Assembly (NCBI GenBank): GCA_964016885.1
Contig: OZ024741.1
Span: 247,814,001 to 247,878,000 of the forward strand
Reading direction: 5' to 3'
DNA length: 64,000 nucleotides
DNA from: Eledone cirrhosa
Lineage: Eukaryota
In this document: one piece after another, positions 26,401-41,900 of the stretch
Layout: every line of letters begins with the position of its first letter
Numbering within the stretch: position 1 is the first letter of the stretch
The notes under the pieces: generated by a model
Databases searched by the model: none
Seen by the model: only the letters and a program-made list of their open reading frames with translations
Told to the model about the DNA's origin: nothing
Program-made: the position numbers and the translations under genes

Positions 26401-29400
26401 TATCTCCCCATGGACGGCTGGAAATTATCTCCCCTTGGACGGCTAGAAATTATCTCTCCTTGGACGGCTGAAAATTATCTCCCCTTGGACGGCTGCAAAT
26501 TATCTCCCCTTGATTTTTTTTATAAATTATCTCCCCCTGATTTTTTTTACAAATTATCTCCCCCTGATTTTTTTTACAAATCTCCCAGTGATTTTTTAAA
26601 AAAATTATCTCCCCTTGGACGGCTGGAAATTATCTCCCCTTGGACGGCTGGAAATTATCTCGCCTTGGACGGCTAGAATTTACCTCTCCTTGGACGGCTG
26701 AAAATTATCTCCCCTTGGACGGTTGGAAATTATCTCCCCTTGATTTTTTTTACAAATTATCTCCCCCTGATTTTTTTTTACAAATTATCTCCCCCTGATT
26801 TTTTTTTACAAATTATCTCCCCCTGATTTTTTTTTACAAATTATCTCCCCCTGATTTTTTTTACAAATTATCTCCCCCCTGATTTTTTTACAAATTATCT
26901 CCCCTTGGCTGGCTGGAAATTATCTCCCCTTGGAGGCTGGAACTTATCTCCCCTTGGACGGCTAGAAATTACCTCTCCTTGGACGGCTGGAAAATATGTC
27001 TCCTTGGACGGCTGGATATTATCTCCCCTTGGACGGCTGGAAATTATCTCCCCTTGGACGGCTGGAAATTATCTCCCCTTGGATGGCTAGATATTACCTC
27101 CCCTTGGACGGCTGGAAATTATCTCCCTTTGATTTTTTTTACAAATTATCTCCCCCTGATTTTTTTTTACAAATTATCTCCCCCTGATTTTTTTTTACAA
27201 ATTATCTCCCCCTGATTTTTGTTTACAAATTATCTCCGCCTGATTTTTTTTTAAAAATTATCTCCCCTTGGACGGCTGGAAATTATCTCCCCTTGGACGG
27301 CTAGAAATTACCTCTCCTTGGACGGCTGAAAATTATCTCCCCTTGGACGGCTGGAAATTATCTCCCCTTGATTTTTTTACAAATTATCTCCCCCTGATTT
27401 TTTTTTTACAAATTATCTCCCCCTGATTTTTTTTTACAAATTATCTACCCCTGATTTTTTTTTACAAATTATCTCCCCCTGATTTTTTTTACAAATTATC
27501 TCCCCCTGATTTTTTTTTACAAATTATCTCCCCCTGATTTTTTTACAAATTATCTCCCCCTGATTTTTTTTACAAATTATCTCCGCCTGATTTTTTTAAA
27601 TATTATCTCTCCTTGGCTGGCGGGAAATTATCTCCCCTTGGACGGCTGGAAATTATCTCCCCTTGGAAGGATGGAAATTATCTCCCCTTGGACGGCTAGA
27701 AATTATCTCTCTTTGGACGGCTGGAAATTATCACCCCTTGAGTTTTTTACAAATTATCTCCCCCTGATTTTTTTTACAAATCTCCCAGTGATTTTTAAAA
27801 AAAAATTATCTCCCCTTCGCTGGCTGGAAATTATCTCCCCTTGGACGCTGGAAATTATAGCCCCTTGGAGGGCTTGAAATTATCTTCCCTTGGACGGCTG
27901 GAAATTATCTCCCCTTGATTTTTTTTTACAAATTATCTCCCCCTGATTTTTTTTTACAAATTATCTCCCCCTGATTTTTTTTTACAACTTATCTGCGCCA
28001 GATTTTTTTAAAAAAATTATCTCCCCTTGGACGGCTGGAAATTATCTCCCCTTGGACGGCTGGAAATTATCTCTCCTTGGACGGCTAGAATTTACCTCTC
28101 CTTGGACGGCTGAAAATTATCTCCCCTTGGACGGCTGGAAATTATCTCCCCTTGATTTTTTTTACAAATTATCTCCCCCTGATTTTTTTTTACGAATTAT
28201 CTCCCCCTGATTTTTTTTTACAAATTATCTCCCCCTGATTTTTTTTTACAAATTATCTCCCCCTGATTTTTTTTACAAATTATCTCCCTCTGATTTTTTT
28301 ACAAATTATCTCCCCTTGGCTGGCTGGAAATTATCTCCCCTAGGAGGCTGGAACTTATCTCGCCTTGGACGGCTAGAAATTACCTCTCTTTGGACGGCTG
28401 GAAAATATGTCTCCTTGGACGGCTGGATATTATCTCCCCTTGGACGGCTGGAAATTATCTCCCCTTGGACGGCTGGAAATTATCTCCCCTTGGATGGCTA
28501 GATATTACCTCCCCTTGGACGGCTGGAAATTATCTCCCCTTGATTTTTTTTACAAATTATCTCCCCCTGATTTTTTTTTACAAATTATCTCCCCCGATTT
28601 TTTTTTACAAATTATCTCCCCCTGATTTTTTTTTACAAATTATCTCCCCCTGATTTTTGTTTACAAATTATCTCCCCTTGGACGGCTGGAAATTATCTCC
28701 CCTTGGACGGCTAGAAATTACCTCTCCTTGGACGGCTGAAAATTATCCTCCCTTGGACGGCTGGAAATTATCTCCCCTTGATTTTTTTACAAATTATCTC
28801 CCCCTGATTTTTTTTTTACAAATTATCTCACCCTGATTTTTTTTACAAATTATCTACCCCTGATTTTTTTTTACAAATTATCTCCCCCTGATTTTTTTTA
28901 CAAATTATCTCCCACTGATTTTTTTTTTACAAATTATCTCCCCCTGATTTTTTTACAAATTATCTCCCCCTGATTTTTTTTACAAATTATATCCGCCTGA
29001 TTTTTTTAAATATTATCTCTCCTTGGCTGGCGGGAAATTATCTCCCCTTGGACGGCTGGAAATTATCTCCCCTTGGAAGGATGGAAATTATCTCCCCTTG
29101 GACGGCTAGAAATTATCTCTCTTTGGACGGCTGGAAATTATCACCCCTTGAGCTTTTTACAAATTATCTCCCCCTGATTTTTTTTACAAATCTCCCTGTG
29201 ATTTTTTAAAAAAAATTATCTCCCCTTCGCTGGCTGGAAATTATCTCCCCTTGGACGCTGGAAATTATAGCCCCTTGGAGGGCTGGAAATTATCTTCCCA
29301 TGGACGGCTGGAAATTATCTCCCCTTGATTTTTTTTACAAATTATCTCCCCCTGATTTTTTTTTACAAATTATCTCCCCCTGATTTTTTTTACAACTTAT

Positions 29401-32400
29401 CTGCGCCTGATTTTTTTTTAAAAATTATCTCCCCTTGGACGGCTGGAAATTATCTCCCCTTGGACGGCTGGAAATTATCTCTCCTTGGACGGCTAGAATT
29501 TACCTCTCCTTGGACGGCTGAAAATTATCTCCCCTTGGACGGCTGGAAATTATCTCCCCTTGATTTTTTTTACAAATTATCTCCCCCTGATTTTTTTTTA
29601 CAAATTATCTCCCCCTGATTTTTTTTTACAAATTATCTACCCCTGATTTTTTTTTACAAATTATCTCCCCTTGGCTGGCTGGAAATTATCTCCCCTTGGA
29701 GGCTGGAACTTATCTCCCCTTGGACGGCTAGAAATTACCTCTCCTTGGACGGCTGGAAAATATGTCTCCTTGGACGGCTGGATATTATCTCCCCTTGGAC
29801 GGCTGGAAATTATCTCCCCTTGGACGGCTGAAAATTATCTCCCCTTGATTTTTTTTACAAATTATCTCCCCCTGATTTTTTTTTACAAATTATCTCCCCC
29901 TGATTTTTGTTTACAAATTATCTCCGCCTGATTTTTTAAAAAAATTATCTCCCCTTGGACGGCTGGAAATTATCTCCCCTTGGACGGATAGAAATTACCT
30001 CTCCTTGGACGGCTGAAAATTATCTCCCCTTTGACGGCTGGAAATTATCTCCCCTTGATTTTTTTACAAATTATCTCCCCCTGATTTTTTTTTTACAAAT
30101 TATCTCCCCCTGATTTTTTTTTTACAAATTATCTACCCCTGATTTTTTTTTACAAATTATCTCCCCCTGATTTTTTTTACAAATTATCTCCCACTGATTT
30201 TTTTTTTACAAATTATCTCCCCCTGATTTTTTTACAAATTATCTCCCCCTGATTTTTTTTACAAATTATATCCGCCTGATTTTTTTAAATATTATCTCTC
30301 CTTGGCTGGCGGGAAATTATCTCCCCTTGGACGGCTGGAAATTATCTCCCCTTGGAAGGATGGAAATTATCTCCCCTTGGACGGCTAGAAATTATCTCTC
30401 TTTGGACGGCTGGAAATTATCACCCCTTGAGCTTTTTACAAATTATCTCCCCCTGATTTTTTTTACAAATCTCCCTGTGATTTTTTAAAAAAAATTATCT
30501 CCCCTTCGCTGGCTGGAAATTATCTCCCCTTGGACGCTGGAAATTATAGCCCCTTGGAGGGCTGGAAATTATCTTCCCATGGACGGCTGGAAATTATCTC
30601 CCCTTGATTTTTTTTACAAATTATCTCCCCCTGATTTTTTTTTACAAATTATCTCCCCCTGATTTTTTTTACAACTTATCTGCGCCTGATTTTTTTTTAA
30701 AAATTATCTCCCCTTGGACGGCTGGAAATTATCTCCCCTTGGACGGCTGGAAATTATCTCTCCTTGGACGGCTAGAATTTACCTCTCCTTGGACGGCTGA
30801 AAATTATCTCCCCTTGGACGGCTGGAAATTATCTCCCCTTGATTTTTTTTACAAATTATCTCCCCCTGATTTTTTTTTACAAATTATCTCCCCCTGATTT
30901 TTTTTTACAAATTATCTACCCCTGATTTTTTTTTACAAATTATCTCCCCTTGGCTGGCTGGAAATTATCTCCCCTTGGAGGCTGGAACTTATCTCCCCTT
31001 GGACGGCTAGAAATTACCTCTCCTTGGACGGCTGGAAAATATGTCTCCTTGGACGGCTGGATATTATCTCCCCTTGGACGGCTGGAAATTATCTCCCCTT
31101 GGACGGCTGAAAATTATCTCCCCTTGATTTTTTTTACAAATTATCTCCCCCTGATTTTTTTTTACAAATTATCTCCCCCTGATTTTTGTTTACAAATTAT
31201 CTCCGCCTGATTTTTTAAAAAAATTATCTCCCCTTGGACGGCTGGAAATTATCTCCCCTTGGACGGATAGAAATTACCTCTCCTTGGACGGCTGAAAATT
31301 ATCTCCCCTTTGACGGCTGGAAATTATCTCCCCTTGATTTTTTTACAAATTATCTCCCCCTGATTTTTTTTTTACAAATTATCTCCCCCTGATTTTTTTT
31401 TACAAATTATCTACCCCTGATTTTTTTTTACAAATTATCTCCCCCTGATTTTTTTTACAAATTATCTCCCCCTGATTTTTTTTTACAAATTATCTCCCCC
31501 TGATTTTTTTACAAATTATCTCCCCCTGATTTTTTTTACAAATTATCTCCGCCTGATTTTTTTAAATATTATCTCTCCTTGGCTGGCGGGAAATTATCTC
31601 CCCTTGGACGGCTGGAAATTATCTCCCCTTGGAAGGATGGAAATTATCTCCCCTTGGACGGCTGGAAATTATCTACCCCTGATTTTTTTTACAAATTATC
31701 TCCCCCTGATTTTTTTTACAAATTATCTCCCCCTGATTTTTTTTACAAATTATCTACCCCTGATTTTTTTTACAAATTATCTCCCCCTGATTTTTTTTAC
31801 AAATTATCTCCCCCTGATTTTTTTTTTACAAATTATCTCACCCTGATTTTTTTACAAATTATCTCCCCCTGATTTTTTTTACAAATTATCTCCGCCTGAT
31901 TTTTTTAAATATTATCTTCCCTTGGCTGGCGGGAAATTATCTCCCCTTGAAGGGCTGAAAATTATCTCCCCTTGGACGGCTGGAAATTATCTCCCCTTGA
32001 TTTTTTTTACAAATTATCTCCCCCTGATTTTTTTTTACAAATTATCTCCCCCTGATTTTTTTTACAAATTATCTCCCCCTGATTTTTTTTTACAAATTAT
32101 CTGCCGCTGATTTTTTTTACAAATTATCTCCCCCTGATTTTTTTACAAATTATCTCCCCTTGGCTGGCTGGAAATTACCTCCCCTTGGAGGCTGGAATTT
32201 ATCTCCCCTTGGACGGCTAGAAATTACCTCTCCTTGGACGGCTGGAAAATATGTCTCCTTGGACGGCTGGATATTATCTCCCCTTGGACGGCTGGAAATT
32301 ATCTCCCCTTGGACGGCTGGAAATTATCTCCCCTTGGACGGATAGATATTACCTCCCCTTGGACGGCTGGAAATTATCTCCCCTTGATTTTTTTTACAAA

Positions 32401-35400
32401 TTATCTCCCCCTGATTTTTTTTTACAAATTATCTCCCCCTGATTTTTTTTTACAAATTATCTCCCCCTGATTTTTTTTTTACAAATTATCTCCGCTTGAT
32501 TTTTTAAAAAAATTATCTCCCCTTGGACGGCTGGAAATTATCTCCCCATGGACGGCTGGAAATTATCTCCCCTTGGACGGCTAGAAATTATCTCTCCTTG
32601 GACGGCTGAAAATTATCTCCCCTTGGACGGCTGCAAATTATCTCCCCTTGATTTTTTTTATAAATTATCTCCCCCTGATTTTTTTTACAAATTATCTCCC
32701 CCTGATTTTTTTTACAAATCTCCCAGTGATTTTTTAAAAAAATTATCTCCCCTTGGACGGCTGGAAATTATCTCCCCTTGGACGGCTGGAAATTATCTCG
32801 CCTTGGACGGCTAGAATTTACCTCTCCTTGGACGGCTGAAAATTATCTCCCCTTGGACGGCTGGAAATTATCTCCCCTTGATTTTTTTTACAAATTATCT
32901 CCCCCTGATTTTTTTTTACAAATTATCTCCCCCTGATTTTTTTTTACAAATTATCTCCCCCTGATTTTTTTTTACAAATTATCTCCCCCTGATTTTTTTT
33001 ACAAATTATCTCCCCCCTGATTTTTTTACAAATTATCTCCCCTTGGCTGGCTGGAAATTATCTCCCCTTGGAGGCTGGAACTTATCTCCCCTTGGACGGC
33101 TAGAAATTACCTCTCCTTGGACGGCTGGAAAATATGTCTCCTTGGACGGCTGGATATTATCTCCCCTTGGACGGCTGGAAATTATCTCCCCTTGGACGGC
33201 TGGAAATTATCTCCCCTTGGATGGCTAGATATTACCTCCCCTTGGACGGCTGGAAATTATCTCCCTTTGATTTTTTTTACAAATTATCTCCCCCTGATTT
33301 TTTTTTACAAATTATCTCCCCCTGATTTTTTTTTACAAATTATCTCCCCCTGATTTTTGTTTACAAATTATCTCCGCCTGATTTTTTTTTAAAAATTATC
33401 TCCCCTTGGACGGCTGGAAATTATCTCCCCTTGGACGGCTAGAAATTACCTCTCCTTGGACGGCTGAAAATTATCTCCCCTTGGACGGCTGGAAATTATC
33501 TCCCCTTGATTTTTTTACAAATTATCTCCCCCTGATTTTTTTTTTACAAATTATCTCCCCCTGATTTTTTTTTACAAATTATCTACCCCTGATTTTTTTT
33601 TACAAATTATCTCCCCCTGATTTTTTTTACAAATTATCTCCCCCTGATTTTTTTTTACAAATTATCTCCCCCTGATTTTTTTACAAATTATCTCCCCCTG
33701 ATTTTTTTTACAAATTATCTCCGCCTGATTTTTTTAAATATTATCTCTCCTTGGCTGGCGGGAAATTATCTCCCCTTGGACGGCTGGAAATTATCTCCCC
33801 TTGGAAGGATGGAAATTATCTCCCCTTGGACGGCTAGAAATTATCTCTCTTTGGACGGCTGGAAATTATCACCCCTTGAGTTTTTTACAAATTATCTCCC
33901 CCTGATTTTTTTTACAAATCTCCCAGTGATTTTTAAAAAAAAATTATCTCCCCTTCGCTGGCTGGAAATTATCTCCCCTTGGACGCTGGAAATTATAGCC
34001 CCTTGGAGGGCTTGAAATTATCTTCCCTTGGACGGCTGGAAATTATCTCCCCTTGATTTTTTTTTACAAATTATCTCCCCCTGATTTTTTTTTACAAATT
34101 ATCTCCCCCTGATTTTTTTTTACAACTTATCTGCGCCAGATTTTTTTAAAAAAATTATCTCCCCTTGGACGGCTGGAAATTATCTCCCCTTGGACGGCTG
34201 GAAATTATCTCTCCTTGGACGGCTAGAATTTACCTCTCCTTGGACGGCTGAAAATTATCTCCCCTTGGACGGCTGGAAATTATCTCCCCTTGATTTTTTT
34301 TACAAATTATCTCCCCCTGATTTTTTTTTACGAATTATCTCCCCCTGATTTTTTTTTACAAATTATCTCCCCCTGATTTTTTTTTACAAATTATCTCCCC
34401 CTGATTTTTTTTACAAATTATCTCCCTCTGATTTTTTTACAAATTATCTCCCCTTGGCTGGCTGGAAATTATCTCCCCTAGGAGGCTGGAACTTATCTCG
34501 CCTTGGACGGCTAGAAATTACCTCTCTTTGGACGGCTGGAAAATATGTCTCCTTGGACGGCTGGATATTATCTCCCCTTGGACGGCTGGAAATTATCTCC
34601 CCTTGGACGGCTGGAAATTATCTCCCCTTGGATGGCTAGATATTACCTCCCCTTGGACGGCTGGAAATTATCTCCCCTTGATTTTTTTTACAAATTATCT
34701 CCCCCTGATTTTTTTTTACAAATTATCTCCCCCGATTTTTTTTTACAAATTATCTCCCCCTGATTTTTTTTTACAAATTATCTCCCCCTGATTTTTGTTT
34801 ACAAATTATCTCCCCTTGGACGGCTGGAAATTATCTCCCCTTGGACGGCTAGAAATTACCTCTCCTTGGACGGCTGAAAATTATCCTCCCTTGGACGGCT
34901 GGAAATTATCTCCCCTTGATTTTTTTACAAATTATCTCCCCCTGATTTTTTTTTTACAAATTATCTCACCCTGATTTTTTTTACAAATTATCTACCCCTG
35001 ATTTTTTTTTACAAATTATCTCCCCCTGATTTTTTTTACAAATTATCTCCCACTGATTTTTTTTTTACAAATTATCTCCCCCTGATTTTTTTACAAATTA
35101 TCTCCCCCTGATTTTTTTTACAAATTATATCCGCCTGATTTTTTTAAATATTATCTCTCCTTGGCTGGCGGGAAATTATCTCCCCTTGGACGGCTGGAAA
35201 TTATCTCCCCTTGGAAGGATGGAAATTATCTCCCCTTGGACGGCTAGAAATTATCTCTCTTTGGACGGCTGGAAATTATCACCCCTTGAGCTTTTTACAA
35301 ATTATCTCCCCCTGATTTTTTTTACAAATCTCCCTGTGATTTTTTAAAAAAAATTATCTCCCCTTCGCTGGCTGGAAATTATCTCCCCTTGGACGCTGGA

Positions 35401-35800
35401 AATTATAGCCCCTTGGAGGGCTGGAAATTATCTTCCCTTGGACGGCTGGAAATTATCTCCCCTTGATTTTTTTTACAAATTATCTCCCCCTGATTTTTTT
35501 TTACAAATTATCTCCCCCTGATTTTTTTTACAACTTATCTGCGCCTGATTTTTTTTTAAAAATTATCTCCCCTTGGACGGCTGGAAATTATCTCCCCTTG
35601 GACGGCTGGAAATTATCTCTCCTTGGACGGCTAGAATTTACCTCTCCTTGGACGGCTGAAAATTATCTCCCCTTGGACGGCTGGAAATTATCTCCCCTTG
35701 ATTTTTTTTACAAATTATCTCCCCCTGATTTTTTTTTACAAATTATCTCCCCCTGATTTTTTTTTACAATCTCCCCCTGATTTTTTTTTACAAATTATCT
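20500..35800 (+). repeat. 6,138-bp higher-order repeat, about 2.5 tandem copies
   Basis: Pairs at +6,138: 23533/29671, 24466/30604, 25441/31579, 26905/33043, 27638/33776, 28316/34454, 29325/35463. Upstream pairs are at +6,302/6,303 (20603/26905, 22013/28316) because of a 166-bp extra segment. Confidence 0.92.
22700..25300 (+). repeat. 1,278-bp tandem duplication nested in the 6,138-bp unit (repeated at ~28.9-31.4 kb)
   Basis: Pairs 23188/24466, 23533/24812 and 29325/30604. The marker TTCCCATGG is at ~23158, 24437, 29295 and 30574. Confidence 0.88.
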
Positions 35801-38800
35801 ACCCCTGATTTTTTTTTACAAATTATCTCCCCTTGGCTGGCTGGAAATTATCTCCCCTTGGAGGCTGGAACTTATCTCCCCTTGGACGGCTAGAAATTAC
35901 CTCTCCTTGGACGGCTGGAAAATATGTCTCCTTGGACGGCTGGATATTATCTCCCCTTGGACGGCTGGAAATTATCTCCCCTTGGACGGCTGAAAATTAT
36001 CTCCCCTTGATTTTTTTTACAAATTATCTCCCCCTGATTTTTTTTTACAAATTATCTCCCCCTGATTTTTGTTTACAAATTATCTCCGCCTGATTTTTTA
36101 AAAAAATTATCTCCCCTTGGACGGCTGGAAATTATCTCCCCTTGGACGGATAGAAATTACCTCTCCTTGGACGGCTGAAAATTATCTCCCCTTTGACGGC
36201 TGGAAATTATCTCCCCTTGATTTTTTTACAAATTATCTCCCCCTGATTTTTTTTTTACAAATTATCTCCCCCTGATTTTTTTTTACAAATTATCTACCCC
36301 TGATTTTTTTTTACAAATTATCTCCCCCTGATTTTTTTTACAAATTATCTCCCCCTGATTTTTTTTTTACAAATTATCTCCCCCTGATTTTTTTACAAAT
36401 TATCTCCCCCTGATTTTTTTTACAAATTATCTCCGCCTGATTTTTTTAAATATTATCTCTCCTTGGCTGGCGGGAAATTATCTCCCCTTGGACGGCTGGA
36501 AATTATCTCCCCTTGGAAGGATGGAAATTATCTCCCCTTGGACGGCTGGAAATTATCTACCCCTGATTTTTTTTACAAATTATCTCCCCCTGATTTTTTT
36601 TACAAATTATCTCCCCCTGATTTTTTTTACAAATTATCTACCCCTGATTTTTTTTACAAATTATCTCCCCCTGATTTTTTTTACAAATTATCTCCCCCTG
36701 ATTTTTTTTTTACAAATTATCTCACCCTGATTTTTTTACAAATTATCTCCCCCTGATTTTTTTTACAAATTATCTCCGCCTGATTTTTTTAAATATTATC
36801 TTCCCTTGGCTGGCGGGAAATTATCTCCCCTTGAAGGGCTGAAAATTATCTCCCCTTGGACGGCTGGAAATTATCTCCCCTTGATTTTTTTTACAAATTA
36901 TCTCCCCCTGATTTTTTTTTACAAATTATCTCCCCCTGATTTTTTTTTTACAAATTATCTCACCCTGATTTTTTTTACAAATTATCTACCCCTGATTTTT
37001 TTTTACAAATTATCTCCCCCTGATTTTTTTTACAAATTATCTCCCACTGATTTTTTTTTTACAAATTATCTCCCCCTGATTTTTTTACAAATTATCTCCC
37101 CCTGATTTTTTTTACAAATTATATCCGCCTGATTTTTTTAAATATTATCTCTCCTTGGCTGGCGGGAAATTATCTCCCCTTGGACGGCTGGAAATTATCT
37201 CCCCTTGGAAGGATGGAAATTATCTCCCCTTGGACGGCTAGAAATTATCTCTCTTTGGACGGCTGGAAATTATCACCCCTTGAGCTTTTTACAAATTATC
37301 TCCCCCTGATTTTTTTTACAAATCTCCCTGTGATTTTTAAAAAAAAATTATCTCCCCTTCGCTGGCTGGAAATTATCTCCCCTTGGACGCTGGAAATTAT
37401 AGCCCCTTGGAGGGCTGGAAATTATCTTCCCTTGGACGGCTGGAAATTATCTCCCCTTGATTTTTTTTACAAATTATCTCCCCCTGATTTTTTTTTACAA
37501 ATTATCTCCCCCTGATTTTTTTTACAACTTATCTGCGCCTGATTTTTTTTTAAAAATTATCTCCCCTTGGACGGCTGGAAATTATCTCCCCTTGGACGGC
37601 TGGAAATTATCTCTCCTTGGACGGCTAGAATTTACCTCTCCTTGGACGGCTGAAAATTATCTCCCCTTGGACGGCTGGAAATTATCTCCCCTTGATTTTT
37701 TTTACAAATTATCTCCCCCTGATTTTTTTTTACAAATTATCTCCCCCTGATTTTTTTTTACAAATTATCTCCCCCTGATTTTTTTTTACAAATTATCTAC
37801 CCCTGATTTTTTTTTACAAATTATCTCCCCTTGGCTGGCTGGAAATTATCTCCCCTTGGAGGCTGGAACTTATCTCCCCTTGGACGGCTAGAAATTACCT
37901 CTCCTTGGACGGCTGGAAAATATGTCTCCTTGGACGGCTGGATATTATCTCCCCTTGGACGGCTGGAAATTATCTCCCCTTGGACGGCTGAAAATTATCT
38001 CCCCTTGATTTTTTTTACAAATTATCTCCCCCTGATTTTTTTTTACAAATTATCTCCCCCTGATTTTTGTTTACAAATTATCTCCGCCTGATTTTTTAAA
38101 AAAATTATCTCCCCTTGGACGGCTGGAAATTATCTCCCCTTGGACGGATAGAAATTACCTCTCCTTGGACGGCTGAAAATTATCTCCCCTTTGACGGCTG
38201 GAAATTATCTCCCCTTGATTTTTTTACAAATTATCTCCCCCTGATTTTTTTTTTACAAATTATCTCCCCCTGATTTTTTTTTACAAATTATCTACCCCTG
38301 ATTTTTTTTTACAAATTATCTCCCCCTGATTTTTTTTACAAATTATCTCCCCCTGATTTTTTTTTTACAAATTATCTCCCCCTGATTTTTTTACAAATTA
38401 TCTCCCCCTGATTTTTTTTACAAATTATCTCCGCCTGATTTTTTTAAATATTATCTCTCCTTGGCTGGCGGGAAATTATCTCCCCTTGGACGGCTGGAAA
38501 TTATCTCCCCTTGGAAGGATGGAAATTATCTCCCCTTGGACGGCTGGAAATTATCTACCCCTGATTTTTTTTACAAATTATCTCCCCCTGATTTTTTTTA
38601 CAAATTATCTCCCCCTGATTTTTTTTACAAATTATCTACCCCTGATTTTTTTTACAAATTATCTCCCCCTGATTTTTTTTACAAATTATCTCCCCCTGAT
38701 TTTTTTTTTACAAATTATCTCACCCTGATTTTTTTACAAATTATCTCCCCCTGATTTTTTTTACAAATTATCTCCGCCTGATTTTTTTAAATATTATCTT

Positions 38801-38950
38801 CCCTTGGCTGGCGGGAAATTATCTCCCCTTGAAGGGCTGAAAATTATCTCCCCTTGGACGGCTGGAAATTATCTCCCCTTGATTTTTTTTACAAATTATC
38901 TCCCCCTGATTTTTTTTTACAAATTATCTCCCCCTGATTTTTTTTACAAA
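34950..38950 (+). repeat. 1,998-bp tandem duplication
   Basis: Pairs 35833/37831, 36463/38461 and 36806/38804 are +1,998. Pair 35463/37457 is +1,994, consistent with the 4-bp deletion at ~35,770. Confidence 0.88.
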
Positions 38951-41900
38951 TTATCTCCCCCTGATTTTTTTTTACAAATTATCTGCCGCTGATTTTTTTT
39001 ACAAATTATCTCCCCCTGATTTTTTTACAAATTATCTCCCCTTGGCTGGCTGGAAATTACCTCCCCTTGGAGGCTGGAATTTATCTCCCCTTGGACGGCT
39101 AGAAATTACCTCTCCTTGGACGGCTGGAAAATATGTCTCCTTGGACGGCTGGATATTATCTCCCCTTGGACGGCTGGAAATTATCTCCCCTTGGACGGCT
39201 GGAAATTATCTCCCCTTGGACGGATAGATATTACCTCCCCTTGGACGGCTGGAAATTATCTCCCCTTGGACGGCTAGAAATTATCTCTCCTTGGACGGCT
39301 GAAAATTATCTCCCCTTGGACGGCTGCAAATTATCTCCCCTTGATTTTTTTTATAAATTATCTCCCCCTGATTTTTTTTACAAATTATCTCCCCCTGATT
39401 TTTTTTACAAATCTCCCAGTGATTTTTTAAAAAAATTATCTCCCCTTGGACGGCTGGAAATTATCTCCCCTTGGACGGCTGGAAATTATCTCGCCTTGGA
39501 CGGCTAGAATTTACCTCTCCTTGGACGGCTGAAAATTATCTCCCCTTGGACGGCTGGAAATTATCTCCCCTTGATTTTTTTTACAAATTATCTCCCCCTG
39601 ATTTTTTTTTACAAATTATCTCCCCCTGATTTTTTTTTACAAATTATCTCCCCCTGATTTTTTTTTACAAATTATCTCCCCCTGATTTTTTTTACAAATT
39701 ATCTCCCCCCTGATTTTTTTACAAATTATCTCCCCTTGGCTGGCTGGAAATTATCTCCCCTTGGAGGCTGGAACTTATCTCCCCTTGGACGGCTAGAAAT
39801 TACCTCTCCTTGGACGGCTGGAAAATATGTCTCCTTGGACGGCTGGATATTATCTCCCCTTGGACGGCTGGAAATTATCTCCCCTTGGACGGCTGGAAAT
39901 TATCTCCCCTTGGATGGCTAGATATTACCTCCCCTTGGACGGCTGGAAATTATCTCCCTTTGATTCTTTTTACAAATTATCTCCCCCTGATTTTTTTTTA
40001 CAAATTATCTCCCCCTGATTTTTGTTTACAAATTATCTCCGCCTGATTTTTTTTTAAAAATTATCTCCCCTTGGACGGCTGGAAATTATCTCCCCTTGGA
40101 CGGCTAGAAATTACCTCTCCTTGGACGGCTGAAAATTATCTCCCCTTGGACGGCTGGAAATTATCTCCCCTTGATTTTTTTTTACAAATTATCTCCCCCT
40201 GATTTTTTTTTACAAATTATCTCCCCCTGATTTTTTTTACAACTTATCTGCGCCTGATTTTTTTAAAAAAATTATCTCCCCTTGGACGGCTGGAAATTAT
40301 CTCTCCTTGGACGGCTAGAATTTACCTCTCCTTGGACGGCTGAAAATTATCTCCCCTTGGACGGCTGGAAATTATCTCCCCTTGATTTTTTTTACAAATT
40401 ATCTCCCCCTGATTTTTTTTTCGAATTATCTCCCCCTGATTTTTTTTTACAAATTATCTCCCCCTGATTTTTTTTTACAAATTATCTCCCCCTGATTTTT
40501 TTTACAAATTATCTCCCTCTGATTTTTTTACAAATTATCTCCCCTTGGCTGGCTGGAAATTATCTCCCCTAGGAGGCTGGAACTTATCTCCCCTTGGACG
40601 GCTAGAAATTACCTCTCTTTGGACGGCTGGAAAATATGTCTCCTTGGACGGCTGGATATTATCTCCCCTTGGACGGCTGGAAATTATCTCCCCTTGGACG
40701 GCTGGAAATTATCTCCCCTTGGATGGCTAGATATTACCTCCCCTTGGACGGCTGGAAATTATCTCCCCTTGATTTTTTTTTACAAATTATCTCCCCCTGA
40801 TTTTTTTTTACAAATTATCTCCCCCGATTTTTTTTTACAAATTATCTCTCCCTGATTTTTTTTTACAAATTATCTCCCCCTGATTTTTGTTTACAAATTA
40901 TCTCCCCTTGGACGGCTGGAAATTATCTCCCCTTGGACGGCTAGAAATTACCTCTCCTTGGACGGCTGAAAATTATCCTCCCTTGGACGGCTGGAAATTA
41001 TCTCCCCTTGATTTTTTTACAAATTATCTCCCCCTGATTTTTTTTTTACAAATTATCTCACCCTGATTTTTTTTACAAATTATCTACCCCTGATTTTTTT
41101 TTACAAATTATCTCCCCCTGATTTTTTTTACAAATTATCTCCCACTGATTTTTTTTTTACAAATTATCTCCCCCTGATTTTTTTACAAATTATCTCCCCC
41201 TGATTTTTTTTACAAATTATATCCGCCTGATTTTTTTAAATATTATCTCTCCTTGGCTGGCGGGAAATTATCTCCCCTTGGACGGCTGGAAATTATCTCC
41301 CCTTGGAAGGATGGAAATTATCTCCCCTTGGACGGCTGGAAATTATCTACCCCTGATTTTTTTTACAAATTATCTCCCCCTGATTTTTTTTACAAATTAT
41401 CTCCCCCTGATTTTTTTTTTACAAATTATCTCCCCCTGATTTTTTTACAAATTATCTCCCCCTGATTTTTTTTACAAATTATCTCCGCCTGATTTTTTAA
41501 AATATTATCTTACCTTGGCTGGCGGGAAATTATCTCCCCTTGGACGGCTGAAAATTATCTCCCCTTGGACGGCTGGAAATTATCTCCCCTTGGACGCTGG
41601 AAATTATAGCCCCTTGGAGGGCTGGAAATTATCTTCCCTTGGACGGCTGGAAATTATCTCCCCTTGATTTTTTTTTACAAATTATCTCCCCCTGATTTTT
41701 TTTTACAAATTATCTCCCCCTGATTTTTTTTTACAAATTATCTCCCCCTGATTTTTTTTTTACAAATTATCTCCGCCTGATTTTTTTTTTAAAATTATCT
41801 CCCCTTGGACGGCTGGAAATTATCTCCCCTTGGACGGCTGGAAATTATCTCCCCTTGGACGGCTAGAAATTATCTCTCCTTGGACGGCTGAAAATTATCT

